Notes under the pieces: generated by a model | Told to the model about the DNA's origin: nothing | Seen by the model: the letters and a program-made list of their open reading frames with translations, nothing else | Databases searched by the model: none | Shown here: positions 29,689 to 40,278 of the stretch, piece by piece | How positions within the stretch are numbered: position 1 is the first letter of the stretch | How the letters are laid out: the number at the start of each line of letters is the position of its first letter | Assembly: GCA_965223325.1 (NCBI GenBank) | Contig: CBDCWI010000001.1 | Location: 2,080,091-2,144,090 of the forward strand | DNA: 64,000 bases | Direction: 5' to 3' | Source of the DNA: Candidatus Multivoradales bacterium | Lineage (GTDB): Bacteria > Acidobacteriota > Thermoanaerobaculia > Multivoradales > Multivoraceae | Position numbers and translations under genes: made by a program

Positions 29689-32600
29689 GTGACAAGGACA
29701 GATTCGACGGTATCGGCACATCTGGAGTGGCTGGGTTTCGTGCAACCGAAAGGGCTGGTGGTTTCCCCCATTGCCCTCCAGCGAGCGGGCGCAACTCTCG
29801 AGAGTCGAGACACCGAGGGGCAGCGCCTCCTCCGGGAGTGCGTCGAATCCCGTCGTTTTGCGCCCGCCAACGACGACGCCCCCTGCCTGCCCTGTTTTCG
29901 ATCGTTCGCCCAACAGGTCCTCGGCTGGAGCTTCTCGCCAAGAGGCTACTGCGGAACCGAAGAACAGCCCGTACCCGACGAACTACGCGTCTTCCTGGCC
30001 GACTATGGAACGACCCTCGCCCCCGACTTCGCGGTTCGCGAGCTCTCCCCCGCCGAAGGTTCCTCCTCCTGGCAGCTGCTGGTTCAGGTACTCGAGCCCG
30101 GCCAGGACTTCGATACTGCAACGCGCGACAACGGCCAACTCGACGCCTCACCCCACGGCCGTATGGAGCGCCTGCTTCGGCAGACCAGTGTTCCCGCCGG
30201 CCTACTCTTCAATGGCCGATCCCTCCGCCTGATCTCCGCACCGCGAGGCGAGAGCTCGGGCTGGCTCGATTTCGCAGTCGCGGAAATGGTGGAAACAGCA
30301 GGCCGACCCATTTGCGCCGCCCTCCGGCTCCTCTTGAGCGAGCAACGCCTGCTGGCGCTGCCCACCGGCGAACGACTGGCAGCTCTACTGGCCGAGAGCC
30401 GGCTCTACCAGAACGAGGTCAGTGAGCGCCTGGCCGAGCAGGTTCTGCACGCCCTCTACGAACTCGTGCGTGGGCTCCAGGCCGCACATGACCAGAGCCG
30501 CGGGCAGCTTCTCGCCGACCTCCTCCGAGACCGCCCCGATGAGATCTACCACTCACTTCTGACCGTTCTCATGCGCCTGGTGTTCATTCTCTATGCGGAG
30601 GAGCGCGACATGTTGCCGCGCGACAACGCCTTCGTCGAGCACTACTCCCTCGCGTCGCTCTTTGAACGGCTGCGCGAAGACGCGGCGCTCTACCCAGACA
30701 CCATGGACCAACGGTTCGGTGCCTGGGCTCAGCTACTTGTTCTCTTCCGGCTGGTGCACGATGGAGACAGCCGCAACAACCTGAAGTTGCCCCCGCGCTA
30801 CGGAGTGCTCTTCGACCCCGACCGCTATCCCTTTCTCGAAGGGCGCATCGACGGCGGCGCCCGCCAGATCAACTGCGGCATCGAGGTACCCCTGGTTCCC
30901 GATGGCACTGTTTACCGTGCACTCAGAAAGCTCATGGTGCTTGAAGGGGAGCGGATTTCGTACAGGGCACTCGATGTCGAGCAGATTGGCTCCGTTTACG
31001 AGACCATGATGGGTTTCCGGCTCGAGCGAGCGACTGGCCGCTCAATCGCCATCAAAGCGCAGAAGAAGCATGGCGCACCGACGACGATCGATCTAGAAGC
31101 CCTGCTCGGCGTCGAGGGCGGGAAACGCAAGAAGTGGCTCGTCGACCGAACCAGCCGCAAGCCCTCCGACAAGGTCGCCAAAGCAACAAAGGCGGCCCGC
31201 ACCCTCGAAGAACTGCACGCTGCCCTCGAGCCCATCGCCGATCGCCAGGCGACTCCCGAGCTGGTACCCAAAGACGCCATGGTGCTGCAGCCCAGTGAAG
31301 ACCGCCGCAAGTCCGGCTCGCACTACACCCCGCAGACTCTGACAAGGCCCATTGTCCGCGCGACCCTCAGGCCTGTACTCGACAGTTTGCGTTCCGCCGA
31401 CGGCCAGAGCCCAGAACCCGAGCAGATTCTCGCGCTCAAGGTGTGCGACCCGGCCATGGGATCGGGCGCCTTTTTAGTGGAGACCTGCCGCCAGCTGGCA
31501 GACGCTCTCATCGAAGCGTGGCATACCCACAACGCGGTGCCCGAAATCCCTCCGGATGAAGACGAGGTTCTCCTGGCTCGTCGCATGGTCGCCAAGCGTT
31601 GCCTCTACGGTGTCGATCGCAACGAAGTCGCAGTCGACCTGGCCAAGATGTCCATCTGGCTTGTGACGCTGGCGCGCCAGCACGAACTCCTGTTTCTCGA
31701 CCACGCGCTGCGGCACGGGGACTCGCTCGTCGGTCTCGATCGCAGGCAACTCGACGCCCTGCACTGGGACGGTTCCCAGCCAGTCCTCGAACACCTCGGG
31801 GTGCGCGAGCCGGTAGAGCAAGCGCTGGAACAACGCCTGCAGATCCGGCAAGCGAGCGAATCGGTGCCTGACTGGGAACTGCGTGACTCCTGGAAGAACG
31901 TCGAGGAGGCGCTCGCCCTACCGCGGCTGGCCGGCGACCTCACCATAGCCGCCTTCTTCCGGGGCAAGACGAAGAAGGCGCGCGAGACTGCCCGACGCCC
32001 ACTCGCCGACGTCCTCAAGGGGCCCGACCGGGAGGTGTACCGCCAGCAGGTGCTCGAGCTCAAGCAAGCAGACCCGCCGCTCGTCCCGTTTCACTGGCAG
32101 ATCGAGTTTCCCGAGGTTTTCGAGGGGGCGAACGGTGGCTTCGACGCAATCGTCGGAAACCCGCCCTTCGCCGGCAAAAACACCATGGCCAATGCCAACG
32201 TGGAGAACTACCCCGCCTGGCTCCAGACCCTCCATGAAGAAAGCCATGGCAACTCAGACCTGGTGGCACACTTCTTCCGGCGCTCCTTCAATCTGCTCCG
32301 TGATGGGGGCACCCTCGGCCTGATCGCAACCAACACCATCGGCCAGGGAGATACGCGATCAACCGGCCTGCGGTGGATCTGCCAGAACGGTGGCTCGATC
32401 TACGAGGCAAAGCGGCGGGTGCAATGGCCGGGCCTCGCGTCGGTCATCGTCAGTGTGGTGCACATCGCAAAGGGTGATGTACCCCGCGCAGCGCGACTGG
32501 ATGACCGCGAGGTCGACAGGGTGACCGCCTTCCTGTTTCACCGCGGCGGCCACGAAGATCCAGCCCCTCTTGCCGCCAACGCCGGCAAGAGTTTTCAGGG

Positions 32601-33645
32601 GAGCATCGTCCTCGGAATGGGCTTCACGTTCGACGACACCGACAAAAAGGGCGCTGCGAGCTCGCTGGCCGAGATGCACCGGTTGATCGACAAGGACCCG
32701 CGCAATGCCGACCGGATCTTTCCCTACATCGGGGGCAAGGAGGTCAACACGAGTCCCACGCATGCGCACCATCGTTACGTCATCAATTTTGGGGATATGA
32801 CGGAGGAAGAGGCCAGGGCGTGGCCGGATCTGATGGCGATTGTCGAGGAGAAGGTCAAGCCGGAGAGGATGAAGAAGAAGCGAGAGAGCAACCGAGAGTA
32901 CTGGTGGAGGTACGGGGAACACCGGCCTGGGTTGAATGCCGCCCTCGAAACGAAAAGGCAGGTCCTGGTCACCGCTTCATCAGCGACGACCCACCACGCC
33001 TTCGCACGCCTCTCCGCGAGACTCGTGTTCTCGCACAAACTGATCGTACTGACCACCGCAGAGGATTCCGACTTTGCCGTACTGCAGAGCCAGACCCACG
33101 AGGCTTGGCGCCGCCTGATGGGAGCCACGATGGGCGATGCACTCACTTACAATCCAACTGACGTCTTTCTCACGTTTCCATTCCCCGCAAACGGGAGCAA
33201 TAGCCTGGACCTTGGAGACGCGGGACGAGAGTACGAGAAACTGCGCGGATCGATCCTAGCCGTAACGGGAGCGGGCCTCACCGCCACCTACAACCGCTTC
33301 CACGATCCACTGGAGTCGGACCCCGACATTGAGGCGCTGCGCGAACACCACAGCATTCTGGACCGCACCGTCCTCGACGCCTATGGCTGGACAGACATTC
33401 CTACCGAGTGCGAGTTCCTGCTCGACTACCCCATTGACGAAGAGACCTGGAGCCCTCGCAAGAAGAAACCCTACCGTTACCGCTGGCCCGATGAGGTTCG
33501 GGATGAGGTACTGGCGCGCCTCCTCGAACTCAACGCCGAGCGTGCGGCAGAAGAGCGGCAAGCCGGAGGGGCCATCGACTTTGACACGGCGGCAGGCGAG
33601 CACGCGACCGCCCAAGAAGCCGAGCTGGAGGAAAACGTCGCATGA
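29689..33645 (+). CDS. drmMI: DISARM class I adenine DNA methyltransferase
   Basis: G.HYTP, DPAMGSGAFL (motif I), GNPPF (motif IV), C-terminal TRD. Confidence 0.9.
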   Translation: MTRTDSTVSAHLEWLGFVQPKGLVVSPIALQRAGATLESRDTEGQRLLRECVESRRFAPANDDAPCLPCFRSFAQQVLGWSFSPRGYCGTEEQPVPDELRVFLADYGTTLAPDFAVRELSPAEGSSSWQLLVQVLEPGQDFDTATRDNGQLDASPHGRMERLLRQTSVPAGLLFNGRSLRLISAPRGESSGWLDFAVAEMVETAGRPICAALRLLLSEQRLLALPTGERLAALLAESRLYQNEVSERLAEQVLHALYELVRGLQAAHDQSRGQLLADLLRDRPDEIYHSLLTVLMRLVFILYAEERDMLPRDNAFVEHYSLASLFERLREDAALYPDTMDQRFGAWAQLLVLFRLVHDGDSRNNLKLPPRYGVLFDPDRYPFLEGRIDGGARQINCGIEVPLVPDGTVYRALRKLMVLEGERISYRALDVEQIGSVYETMMGFRLERATGRSIAIKAQKKHGAPTTIDLEALLGVEGGKRKKWLVDRTSRKPSDKVAKATKAARTLEELHAALEPIADRQATPELVPKDAMVLQPSEDRRKSGSHYTPQTLTRPIVRATLRPVLDSLRSADGQSPEPEQILALKVCDPAMGSGAFLVETCRQLADALIEAWHTHNAVPEIPPDEDEVLLARRMVAKRCLYGVDRNEVAVDLAKMSIWLVTLARQHELLFLDHALRHGDSLVGLDRRQLDALHWDGSQPVLEHLGVREPVEQALEQRLQIRQASESVPDWELRDSWKNVEEALALPRLAGDLTIAAFFRGKTKKARETARRPLADVLKGPDREVYRQQVLELKQADPPLVPFHWQIEFPEVFEGANGGFDAIVGNPPFAGKNTMANANVENYPAWLQTLHEESHGNSDLVAHFFRRSFNLLRDGGTLGLIATNTIGQGDTRSTGLRWICQNGGSIYEAKRRVQWPGLASVIVSVVHIAKGDVPRAARLDDREVDRVTAFLFHRGGHEDPAPLAANAGKSFQGSIVLGMGFTFDDTDKKGAASSLAEMHRLIDKDPRNADRIFPYIGGKEVNTSPTHAHHRYVINFGDMTEEEARAWPDLMAIVEEKVKPERMKKKRESNREYWWRYGEHRPGLNAALETKRQVLVTASSATTHHAFARLSARLVFSHKLIVLTTAEDSDFAVLQSQTHEAWRRLMGATMGDALTYNPTDVFLTFPFPANGSNSLDLGDAGREYEKLRGSILAVTGAGLTATYNRFHDPLESDPDIEALREHHSILDRTVLDAYGWTDIPTECEFLLDYPIDEETWSPRKKKPYRYRWPDEVRDEVLARLLELNAERAAEERQAGGAIDFDTAAGEHATAQEAELEENVA

Positions 33646-36600
33646 GCACGAGCGCAACCGAATCGAAGAGAGCAACCGCCCTCGACGTGCGACAGGAACT
33701 GGTTGAGGCGCTGGAGCTCGACCTGGTGGGCCCGGGTGGGGACCACTCGCTTGCAGCCGAGTTTCTCCCGGGGTGGACGCGCCCCTCCAACTGGTACCTC
33801 ACCGGGTTTCTGGTTCCCAGCGGGTCACCACCCGAAGATCGCAGCGATCCCGACGAGCAAGACGATCTGGGAGTCGCAGCCGAAACCGCCGGTCCACCCG
33901 AAGAGAGCGCAGAGGAACGAAGAGCAGCAAAGCGTGGCTTCTTTCCCTCGTCGATTGGCCTCAGCTTTCTCGTACCGCCAGGCGCCCGTTCCCTGGAAGT
34001 CGCGGTCCGCTGGGGAGACTACGCCCATCACGCTGAGGAACCCGCCGCCAGCCCTGACGGCGACACCCAGGAAACTGTTCCTCAAACGTGGCGCAGGACC
34101 CCCCGAGAGGAGCGCGTCGAGCTCGAGCTCGGGCCGTGCCAGGAGATCTGCACTCACCAGGTACCCGGTTCTCTTGGACTGGAACTCTGCTGCGTTGAGC
34201 GCACTCTCCTCTCCGAGGCCCTCGACGATCACCTGCCGAAAGGCACCCGCTCGGTTTCTGTTTTTCTGGTGAACCGCCGCGAGGCGCGGGCCCAGAGGCG
34301 CGACGAGGCGTTCTGCTTCCAGCCCCAACTCGAGATCTCATGCGCCTCCGGCTTCGTAGCGCGACCGGATCTGAGTGGGATGATCGACCATGAGTGGGAC
34401 GAGCAGGTCGCCGACCTGCACTACGCCGATGCGTCGGAGTACGCCTCGGGTCATGGAGTCTCGGCGGAGTGGCAGCTGCACGACGACCGCTGCGTGGCCC
34501 TGCGCACCGCCTGGATTCCTCGTGCCGAGGTCGAGAAGACGGAAACCGTGGCAATCCCTGACGTCGTGCTCGAGATGGACACCTTGGGGAGTCTGTCCGA
34601 CGGCGACTCGGCACGAAGCGCACTCTTGCCCCTGGTTGAGCGCTACCGCCGGTGGCTCCTCGACCAGCACGCATCGGTTGAAACGTCGTTGTCGACCTCG
34701 CAGCGCAGGCAAGACACGGCTCGCGAGCTGCTTCGCCAGGCCGGTCTTGCCGCCGATCGCATCGAACGAGGGATTGAGGTTCTGGCTGAAGATAACGACG
34801 CCCTCGATGCCTTCAGGGTCGCCAACCGGGCCGTTGGGCATGCGCTGCGCCAGCGACTCGACATCGAGCAACCCTCGTGGCGTGCCTTCCAGCTCGCCTT
34901 TGTCCTGCTCAATCTGCCAGGCATTGCGGACCCTGCCGACCCCAACCGGAAGACGGTGGACCTGCTCTTCTTCCCGACCGGTGGCGGTAAAACGGAGGCC
35001 TATCTCGGCCTGGCGGCCTTCACGATGGTGCTGCGGCGCTTGCGCCACCCCGGCGACGAGGGACTGGCCGGTGCTGGGGTCAGCGTCATCATGCGCTACA
35101 CCCTACGCCTACTGACCCTCGACCAACTCGGCCGCGCCGCAGGGCTCGTGTGTGCACTCGAACTCGAGCGTTCCGAGAACCCTCGCCGGTACGGCAGCTG
35201 GCCGTTCGAGATCGGCCTATGGGTCGGCCAGGCGGCGACGCCCAACCTGCTCGGTAAGAAGGGCGACAACAACGACCGCTCGGCGCGCGCCAAGGTGGCG
35301 CGCTTCAAGCGCAACCCTAAGGGAAACCCGGCACCGATTCCGCTCGAAGAATGCCCCTGGTGCAAAACCGAGTTCACCCCGCAGTCGTTCAGCATGCTCC
35401 CAAACAACGACCGGCCGCGGGACCTGCGAGTTGGCTGTGCCAACTTCGAGTGCGACTTCTCGGGTGACCGACCGCTTCCCATCGTGGGCGTCGACGAGCC
35501 GCTTTATCGCCGCTTGCCGGCCTTCTTGATTGCCACGGTCGACAAGTTCGCCTCGCTACCGTGGGTGGCCCAGTCCGGAGCCCTTCTCGGCGGAGCCGAA
35601 CGCTACGACCAGGAAGGCTTCTACGGGGCGGCTGAACCGGGCCGTGGCAAGAGACTTGCTGGCCCCCTGCCACCTCCCGACCTCGTCATCCAGGATGAGC
35701 TGCACCTGATCTCCGGACCCTTGGGAACCATGGCCGGGCTCTACGAGACAGCAATCGAAGGGCTTTGCTGCCACGAAGTGGAGGACCCTTCGAGGTCACA
35801 CCCGGTGCGCCCCAAGATCATTGCGTCAACGGCCACCGTGCGCCGTGCTCAGGACCAGATCCAGGCGCTCTTCGGGCGACCCCTCACGCAGGTCTTCCCA
35901 CCTCCGGGTCCCGACTGCCGTGACTCGTTCTTCGCCCGCGTCGTCGCGTCAAACGAGGCGCCGGCCAGGCTCTACCTCGGCATCGCTGCACAGGGTCGTA
36001 ACCCAAAGGTTCTGATGCGGCGCACCTGGCTAGCCTTGATGGGTGCGGCCGAAAGGGCATACCGCGAGCATGGCGGGCACGAGAACGAGAACAACCCCGC
36101 AGATCCGTACATGACGGTGCTCGGATACTTCAACAGCCTTCGTGAGCTTGGTGGTGCGCGCCGCATTCTCGAGGAGGAAGTCCAGAACACGGTCAAGAAG
36201 TACGGCTCCCGCCGGCGTATCGGAGAGACCGCCGATCTCTTCCGTAACCGCAGCACGTTCAGCCAGGTGGTTGAACTGACATCTCGGGTTTCGACCGACA
36301 AGGTCGCAGAGGCGCGGCGTCGCTTAGAGAGCGGCTTCCACGAAAGGGATCGCGTCGACTGCGCGATTGCGACCAACATGATCTCGGTTGGCCTCGACAT
36401 TCCCAGGCTCGGCCTGATGGTCGTCTTGGGTCAGCCCAAAACGAGCTCTGAGTACATCCAGGCGACCAGCAGAGTTGGGCGCGACCGCGAGAAGCCTGGT
36501 CTGGTCGTCACGCTGCTCAACGCTCACAAGGCACGTGACCGGTCGCACTATGAGCGCTTCCGCCACTACCACGACACGTTCTACCGCTCGGTGGAGGCCG

Positions 36601-37079
36601 CCAGCGTGACGCCATTCTCGGCACGCGCACTCGACCGCGGGTTCGCGGGTGCCATGGTGGCACTGGCTCGACATCTCGATCCTGTGCTCACTCCGCCGAA
36701 GGGAGTCGAGAGGCTGGCCTCGGTTCGCGTCGAGCTCGAGCGCCGGATTCTCGCCTTGTTTCTCGAGCGGGTCCGGCAGCAGCGCTTCGCCAGCGAAGAG
36801 GAGCTTGAAGAGAGATTGCGCGGTGTTCAGAACCGAGTCGTGGAGACACTCGATGCCTGGCAACGCATCGTGGCCGACAACCAGGAGGTGGGCGTCGAAA
36901 TGAAGTACCAACAGTACGAGGCTGCCAAAGGCCAGCCTCTCTTGCGGGAGATGCTCGAGAGGGAGTTCGAGTCCCTCAACCACCGGAAGTTCCGGGCCAA
37001 CAGATCACTGCGTGATGTCGAGCCCGAGGTCAACCTGATCGTCAAAGAACTCGACCGTTGGCAGGGAGACTCACGATGA
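33642..37079 (+). CDS. drmA: DISARM helicase
   Basis: FPTGGGKTEAY, RYTLRLLT.DQ, QDELHL, TNMISVG.D, QATSRVGR. Confidence 0.93.
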   Translation: MSTSATESKRATALDVRQELVEALELDLVGPGGDHSLAAEFLPGWTRPSNWYLTGFLVPSGSPPEDRSDPDEQDDLGVAAETAGPPEESAEERRAAKRGFFPSSIGLSFLVPPGARSLEVAVRWGDYAHHAEEPAASPDGDTQETVPQTWRRTPREERVELELGPCQEICTHQVPGSLGLELCCVERTLLSEALDDHLPKGTRSVSVFLVNRREARAQRRDEAFCFQPQLEISCASGFVARPDLSGMIDHEWDEQVADLHYADASEYASGHGVSAEWQLHDDRCVALRTAWIPRAEVEKTETVAIPDVVLEMDTLGSLSDGDSARSALLPLVERYRRWLLDQHASVETSLSTSQRRQDTARELLRQAGLAADRIERGIEVLAEDNDALDAFRVANRAVGHALRQRLDIEQPSWRAFQLAFVLLNLPGIADPADPNRKTVDLLFFPTGGGKTEAYLGLAAFTMVLRRLRHPGDEGLAGAGVSVIMRYTLRLLTLDQLGRAAGLVCALELERSENPRRYGSWPFEIGLWVGQAATPNLLGKKGDNNDRSARAKVARFKRNPKGNPAPIPLEECPWCKTEFTPQSFSMLPNNDRPRDLRVGCANFECDFSGDRPLPIVGVDEPLYRRLPAFLIATVDKFASLPWVAQSGALLGGAERYDQEGFYGAAEPGRGKRLAGPLPPPDLVIQDELHLISGPLGTMAGLYETAIEGLCCHEVEDPSRSHPVRPKIIASTATVRRAQDQIQALFGRPLTQVFPPPGPDCRDSFFARVVASNEAPARLYLGIAAQGRNPKVLMRRTWLALMGAAERAYREHGGHENENNPADPYMTVLGYFNSLRELGGARRILEEEVQNTVKKYGSRRRIGETADLFRNRSTFSQVVELTSRVSTDKVAEARRRLESGFHERDRVDCAIATNMISVGLDIPRLGLMVVLGQPKTSSEYIQATSRVGRDREKPGLVVTLLNAHKARDRSHYERFRHYHDTFYRSVEAASVTPFSARALDRGFAGAMVALARHLDPVLTPPKGVERLASVRVELERRILALFLERVRQQRFASEEELEERLRGVQNRVVETLDAWQRIVADNQEVGVEMKYQQYEAAKGQPLLREMLEREFESLNHRKFRANRSLRDVEPEVNLIVKELDRWQGDSR

Positions 37080-38899
37080 GCAACAAGGCCCATGCCCAGC
37101 TGCGGCGTAGCCAGGTGATCACAATCTGGGGACCCGGCTCCTTACTAGATCTGCCGCGCCACTCGGTGGTCATGGCCGGCCTCGAGACCTGGCCCACCCG
37201 CGACCTCGAGCCGGTACTCGAACCTCGCCTTGCCGCAAAGCTCGAGCAGATGACAGAAGTGAAGAACCCCCAGCTCTTCTCTCCACCGGCCGCCGACTCG
37301 GGCAAGAGCCACGGAAAGCTCAAAGCGATCGCTGCATACAGGTTCCCGCAGTGGTTCCTCACCCAGGAGCCAGCGAAGGACTCGAACGGTGATCAGATGG
37401 GCCTGCCGTCGTCGACGGTCGACCGCCCTCGACTGCTAGTCCATCGCAGGTCGCTTGACGAGAAGCTCCGGTTCGAAGGCCGACAGGTCGTGCCCACACG
37501 CTTCGTGAGTGCCTGCCCGCGCGGTCATGTCGACGACGTCGACTGGCGGACCTTTGTCCATCGAGGTGAGTCCGAGTGCCGCAAGGCACTCTCCCTCAGC
37601 GAGAGTGGTACTGGCGGAGACCTCAAGGACCTCTGGGTACGCTGCGGCTGCGGCGCGAGTCGGACGATGCTCGAGGCAACTGAACTCGATCAGCGCCCTC
37701 TTGGTACCTGCAAAGGCAAGCGCCCCTGGCTGGGCGACTACGCCCGTGAGTCTTGCGGTCAACCCGCGCGCCTTCTGATCCGCACCGGAAGTAACGCCTA
37801 CTTCCCTCAAGTCGTGAGCGTGCTGTCTCTTCCAGACCTCGGCTCGGAGACCGAGGCCGTCGTCCGCGAGGCATGGGACAAACTCCAAAACGTCGAGAAC
37901 CAGGGCGAGCTCGCGTTCGTCAAGAAAGACCAACAAATGGCCGAGAAGCTCGCACCGTTCTCGGACCAGGAGATCCTCGACGCTATCGAGTCGATTCGCT
38001 CTGGCGGCAACATCGACCGGCCCGTCAAGCTGGTTGAGCTCGACGCCATTCTGCAGGCGAAAGTCGGTTTTGGCGATGACGTACCGCTCAACGAGGACTT
38101 TCATGCGCGACGGCTTCCCGAGAGCGCATGGCGCAACTCCGAGGTGAGCAAAGGAATTGCCAACGTTGTGCAACTCCATCGGCTGCGCGAGGTGCTGGCC
38201 CTGGCCGGGTTCACCCGCTTCGAGGCCGAAACAGCCGACATTCAGGGCGAGTACCCTTCCGACGTCGAACGCGCCTCACTCGCCATTGAGCCATCGTGGT
38301 TTCCAGCGGTGGAAAACCGGGGCGAGGGCGTCTTCCTTCAGCTCAATGGTGACGCGGTTCAGGCGTGGCTCGAGCGCGATGCAGTGAAGCGCCGCATCGA
38401 AGACCTCGCCACCGGGCACGGCCGCTGGCGCGAAGAGCGCAAGTCGAAACGCGACTTCCCGGGTGGCCCCTACATCCTGCTGCACACCCTGTCGCACCTT
38501 CTGATCCAGTCCTTCGCCCTGCGCTGCGGCTACCCCGCCAGCTCGATCCGAGAGCGGATCTACAGCGATCCGGAGGGCGGGCGCTACGGGATTCTGCTTT
38601 TCACTGGGTCTCCAGATGCCGAGGGCACCCTCGGCGGGCTCGTTCAGCAGGCGCGCCACATCGAATCGCATCTGGCCCACGCTCTAAGGCGAGGAGCCCT
38701 CTGCTCCAGCGATCCCATCTGCGCTCAGCACACACCCTCTTCGAGCCTCGAAGAGCGTTGGCTTCAAGGCGCCTCTTGCCACCGCTGTTCACTTGTCGCT
38801 GAGACCTCCTGCGAAATGCGCAACGACTACCTCGACCGAGCCCTGGTAACGCCCATCATCGGCGTCGAAGACGCTGCCTTCTTCGGACCGCGCGAATGA
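37076..38899 (+). CDS. drmB: DISARM DUF1998 protein
   Basis: LRRSQ.IT..GPG, C..GH..D, LHTLSH, GTLGGL, CSSDP.C...CHRC....ETSCE..N. Confidence 0.93.
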   Translation: MSNKAHAQLRRSQVITIWGPGSLLDLPRHSVVMAGLETWPTRDLEPVLEPRLAAKLEQMTEVKNPQLFSPPAADSGKSHGKLKAIAAYRFPQWFLTQEPAKDSNGDQMGLPSSTVDRPRLLVHRRSLDEKLRFEGRQVVPTRFVSACPRGHVDDVDWRTFVHRGESECRKALSLSESGTGGDLKDLWVRCGCGASRTMLEATELDQRPLGTCKGKRPWLGDYARESCGQPARLLIRTGSNAYFPQVVSVLSLPDLGSETEAVVREAWDKLQNVENQGELAFVKKDQQMAEKLAPFSDQEILDAIESIRSGGNIDRPVKLVELDAILQAKVGFGDDVPLNEDFHARRLPESAWRNSEVSKGIANVVQLHRLREVLALAGFTRFEAETADIQGEYPSDVERASLAIEPSWFPAVENRGEGVFLQLNGDAVQAWLERDAVKRRIEDLATGHGRWREERKSKRDFPGGPYILLHTLSHLLIQSFALRCGYPASSIRERIYSDPEGGRYGILLFTGSPDAEGTLGGLVQQARHIESHLAHALRRGALCSSDPICAQHTPSSSLEERWLQGASCHRCSLVAETSCEMRNDYLDRALVTPIIGVEDAAFFGPRE

Positions 38900-39678
38900 C
38901 CCGAGCCCTTCTCGAGCTTCCGACCCATATGCGCCGTCGCCTGGCCGACGCGCTCGAGGCAGGGCAGCTCGGCGAACCCTATGGCGAGAGCTCCCTGCGC
39001 TCTGTTCTGCAGCTCCAGGATGGGGCGGGGAAAGTCTCAGCGGCACTCGAGGCAATGGCCAGAAACGGCCTCGACGGCCGTGCGGCCGCGGTCTTCTTGC
39101 GAGCGGTCGAAGAAGCAGGCCAACACGAACAGAAACCCGACCTCGTATGGTCGGGGCCATCTGTCCAAGGCGTCAACGCACGATCGACACGACAGGTCTA
39201 CGAAGAACTCCTCGGATCAGCCGAACACTCCGTATGGGCCAGCAGCTACGCATACTTCGACGGCCCAAGAGCATTCGAGGTTCTCGCGCGGCGCATGGAT
39301 GAGGTACCGACCCTTCAGGTCAAGCTGCTCCTCAACGTGCAGCGCCGGCACGGTGACACAACACGAGAAGACGACCTGGTACGTCGCTTCGCTGAGAGGC
39401 TCTGGCAGCGGGACTGGCCGGGCACACGAAGGCCGGATGTCTTCTACGACCCAAGAGCACTCGACCTGGACGGGCCCTCGGGAGTACTGCACGCCAAAGC
39501 CGTGGTCACCGACTACCGATCCGTCTACATCACCTCGGCCAACCTGACCGAGGCGGCCCTCGACCGCAACATCGAACTCGGGGTGCTGTTGCGAGATCAC
39601 GCGCTTGCCAAGAGCATCACTAGTCACCTACGCGCCCTACTCGAGGCGCGCCTTCTTGTTCCCCTGCCAAGCGAATAG
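38896..39678 (+). CDS. drmC: DISARM phospholipase D nuclease
   Basis: LVWSGP, HAKAVVTD (HKD), SANLT, N.ELG. Confidence 0.93.
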   Translation: MTRALLELPTHMRRRLADALEAGQLGEPYGESSLRSVLQLQDGAGKVSAALEAMARNGLDGRAAAVFLRAVEEAGQHEQKPDLVWSGPSVQGVNARSTRQVYEELLGSAEHSVWASSYAYFDGPRAFEVLARRMDEVPTLQVKLLLNVQRRHGDTTREDDLVRRFAERLWQRDWPGTRRPDVFYDPRALDLDGPSGVLHAKAVVTDYRSVYITSANLTEAALDRNIELGVLLRDHALAKSITSHLRALLEARLLVPLPSE

Positions 39679-39731
39679 CCCGCTACCCGCAGGTACTCAA
39701 TCTCATCTCACTTCGACCAAAGGAAAAGACA

Positions 39732-40256
39732 ATGTTGTTGAAGAACCTGGTGATTCTGGGAGCAGCGCTGCTTCTCGTAGGCTGCGGCGTGCACTCGGCA
39801 GCGAGCAGTTTCCAACCCCTCGAGCCGGGCGAGCGCCTGGCAATCGTTCCCTTCCGCGACTGCACAATCCCGGACCAGGAAGACTGCTCAGGTTCAGGGA
39901 ACATCGCCAGCTCTGTGTTTGCAGCCACATTGAACGAGAGTTCTCGCCTGAAAGTGGTCCCCATCTCTCGCCCCGCGCCGCCAGCGGAAATCGTTGCAGA
40001 CGAAGAAGCCTGCGCCACCGCCGCAGCCCGCAACTTCGCCTACGTCATCAACGGCGAAGTCAACGACTTCTATCGCGTGGCTCCGATGACGTTTCGAAAG
40101 GACCGCGCCAGTGTTACGGCCAGGGTCCTGGCCGTCGCTGATTGCTCGATCGTCGCAACCGCCATCGAATCGAGCGAGTCGATCACCAACGCAGCGACTC
40201 CCGAGGGCATGATCAAGCGAACCGCTCGCAAGCTGCGTACCAGTCTCGGCGGCTAA
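39732..40256 (+). CDS. Hypothetical lipoprotein
   Basis: LLVGC lipobox; RBS aagga. Confidence 0.7.
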   Translation: MLLKNLVILGAALLLVGCGVHSAASSFQPLEPGERLAIVPFRDCTIPDQEDCSGSGNIASSVFAATLNESSRLKVVPISRPAPPAEIVADEEACATAAARNFAYVINGEVNDFYRVAPMTFRKDRASVTARVLAVADCSIVATAIESSESITNAATPEGMIKRTARKLRTSLGG

Positions 40257-40278
40257 CTGTGCAGATCGGGGAGCTGAC

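Noticed and set aside
26359-39678. DISARM as the undescribed system
   Set aside because: Gene order and motifs match the published class I system
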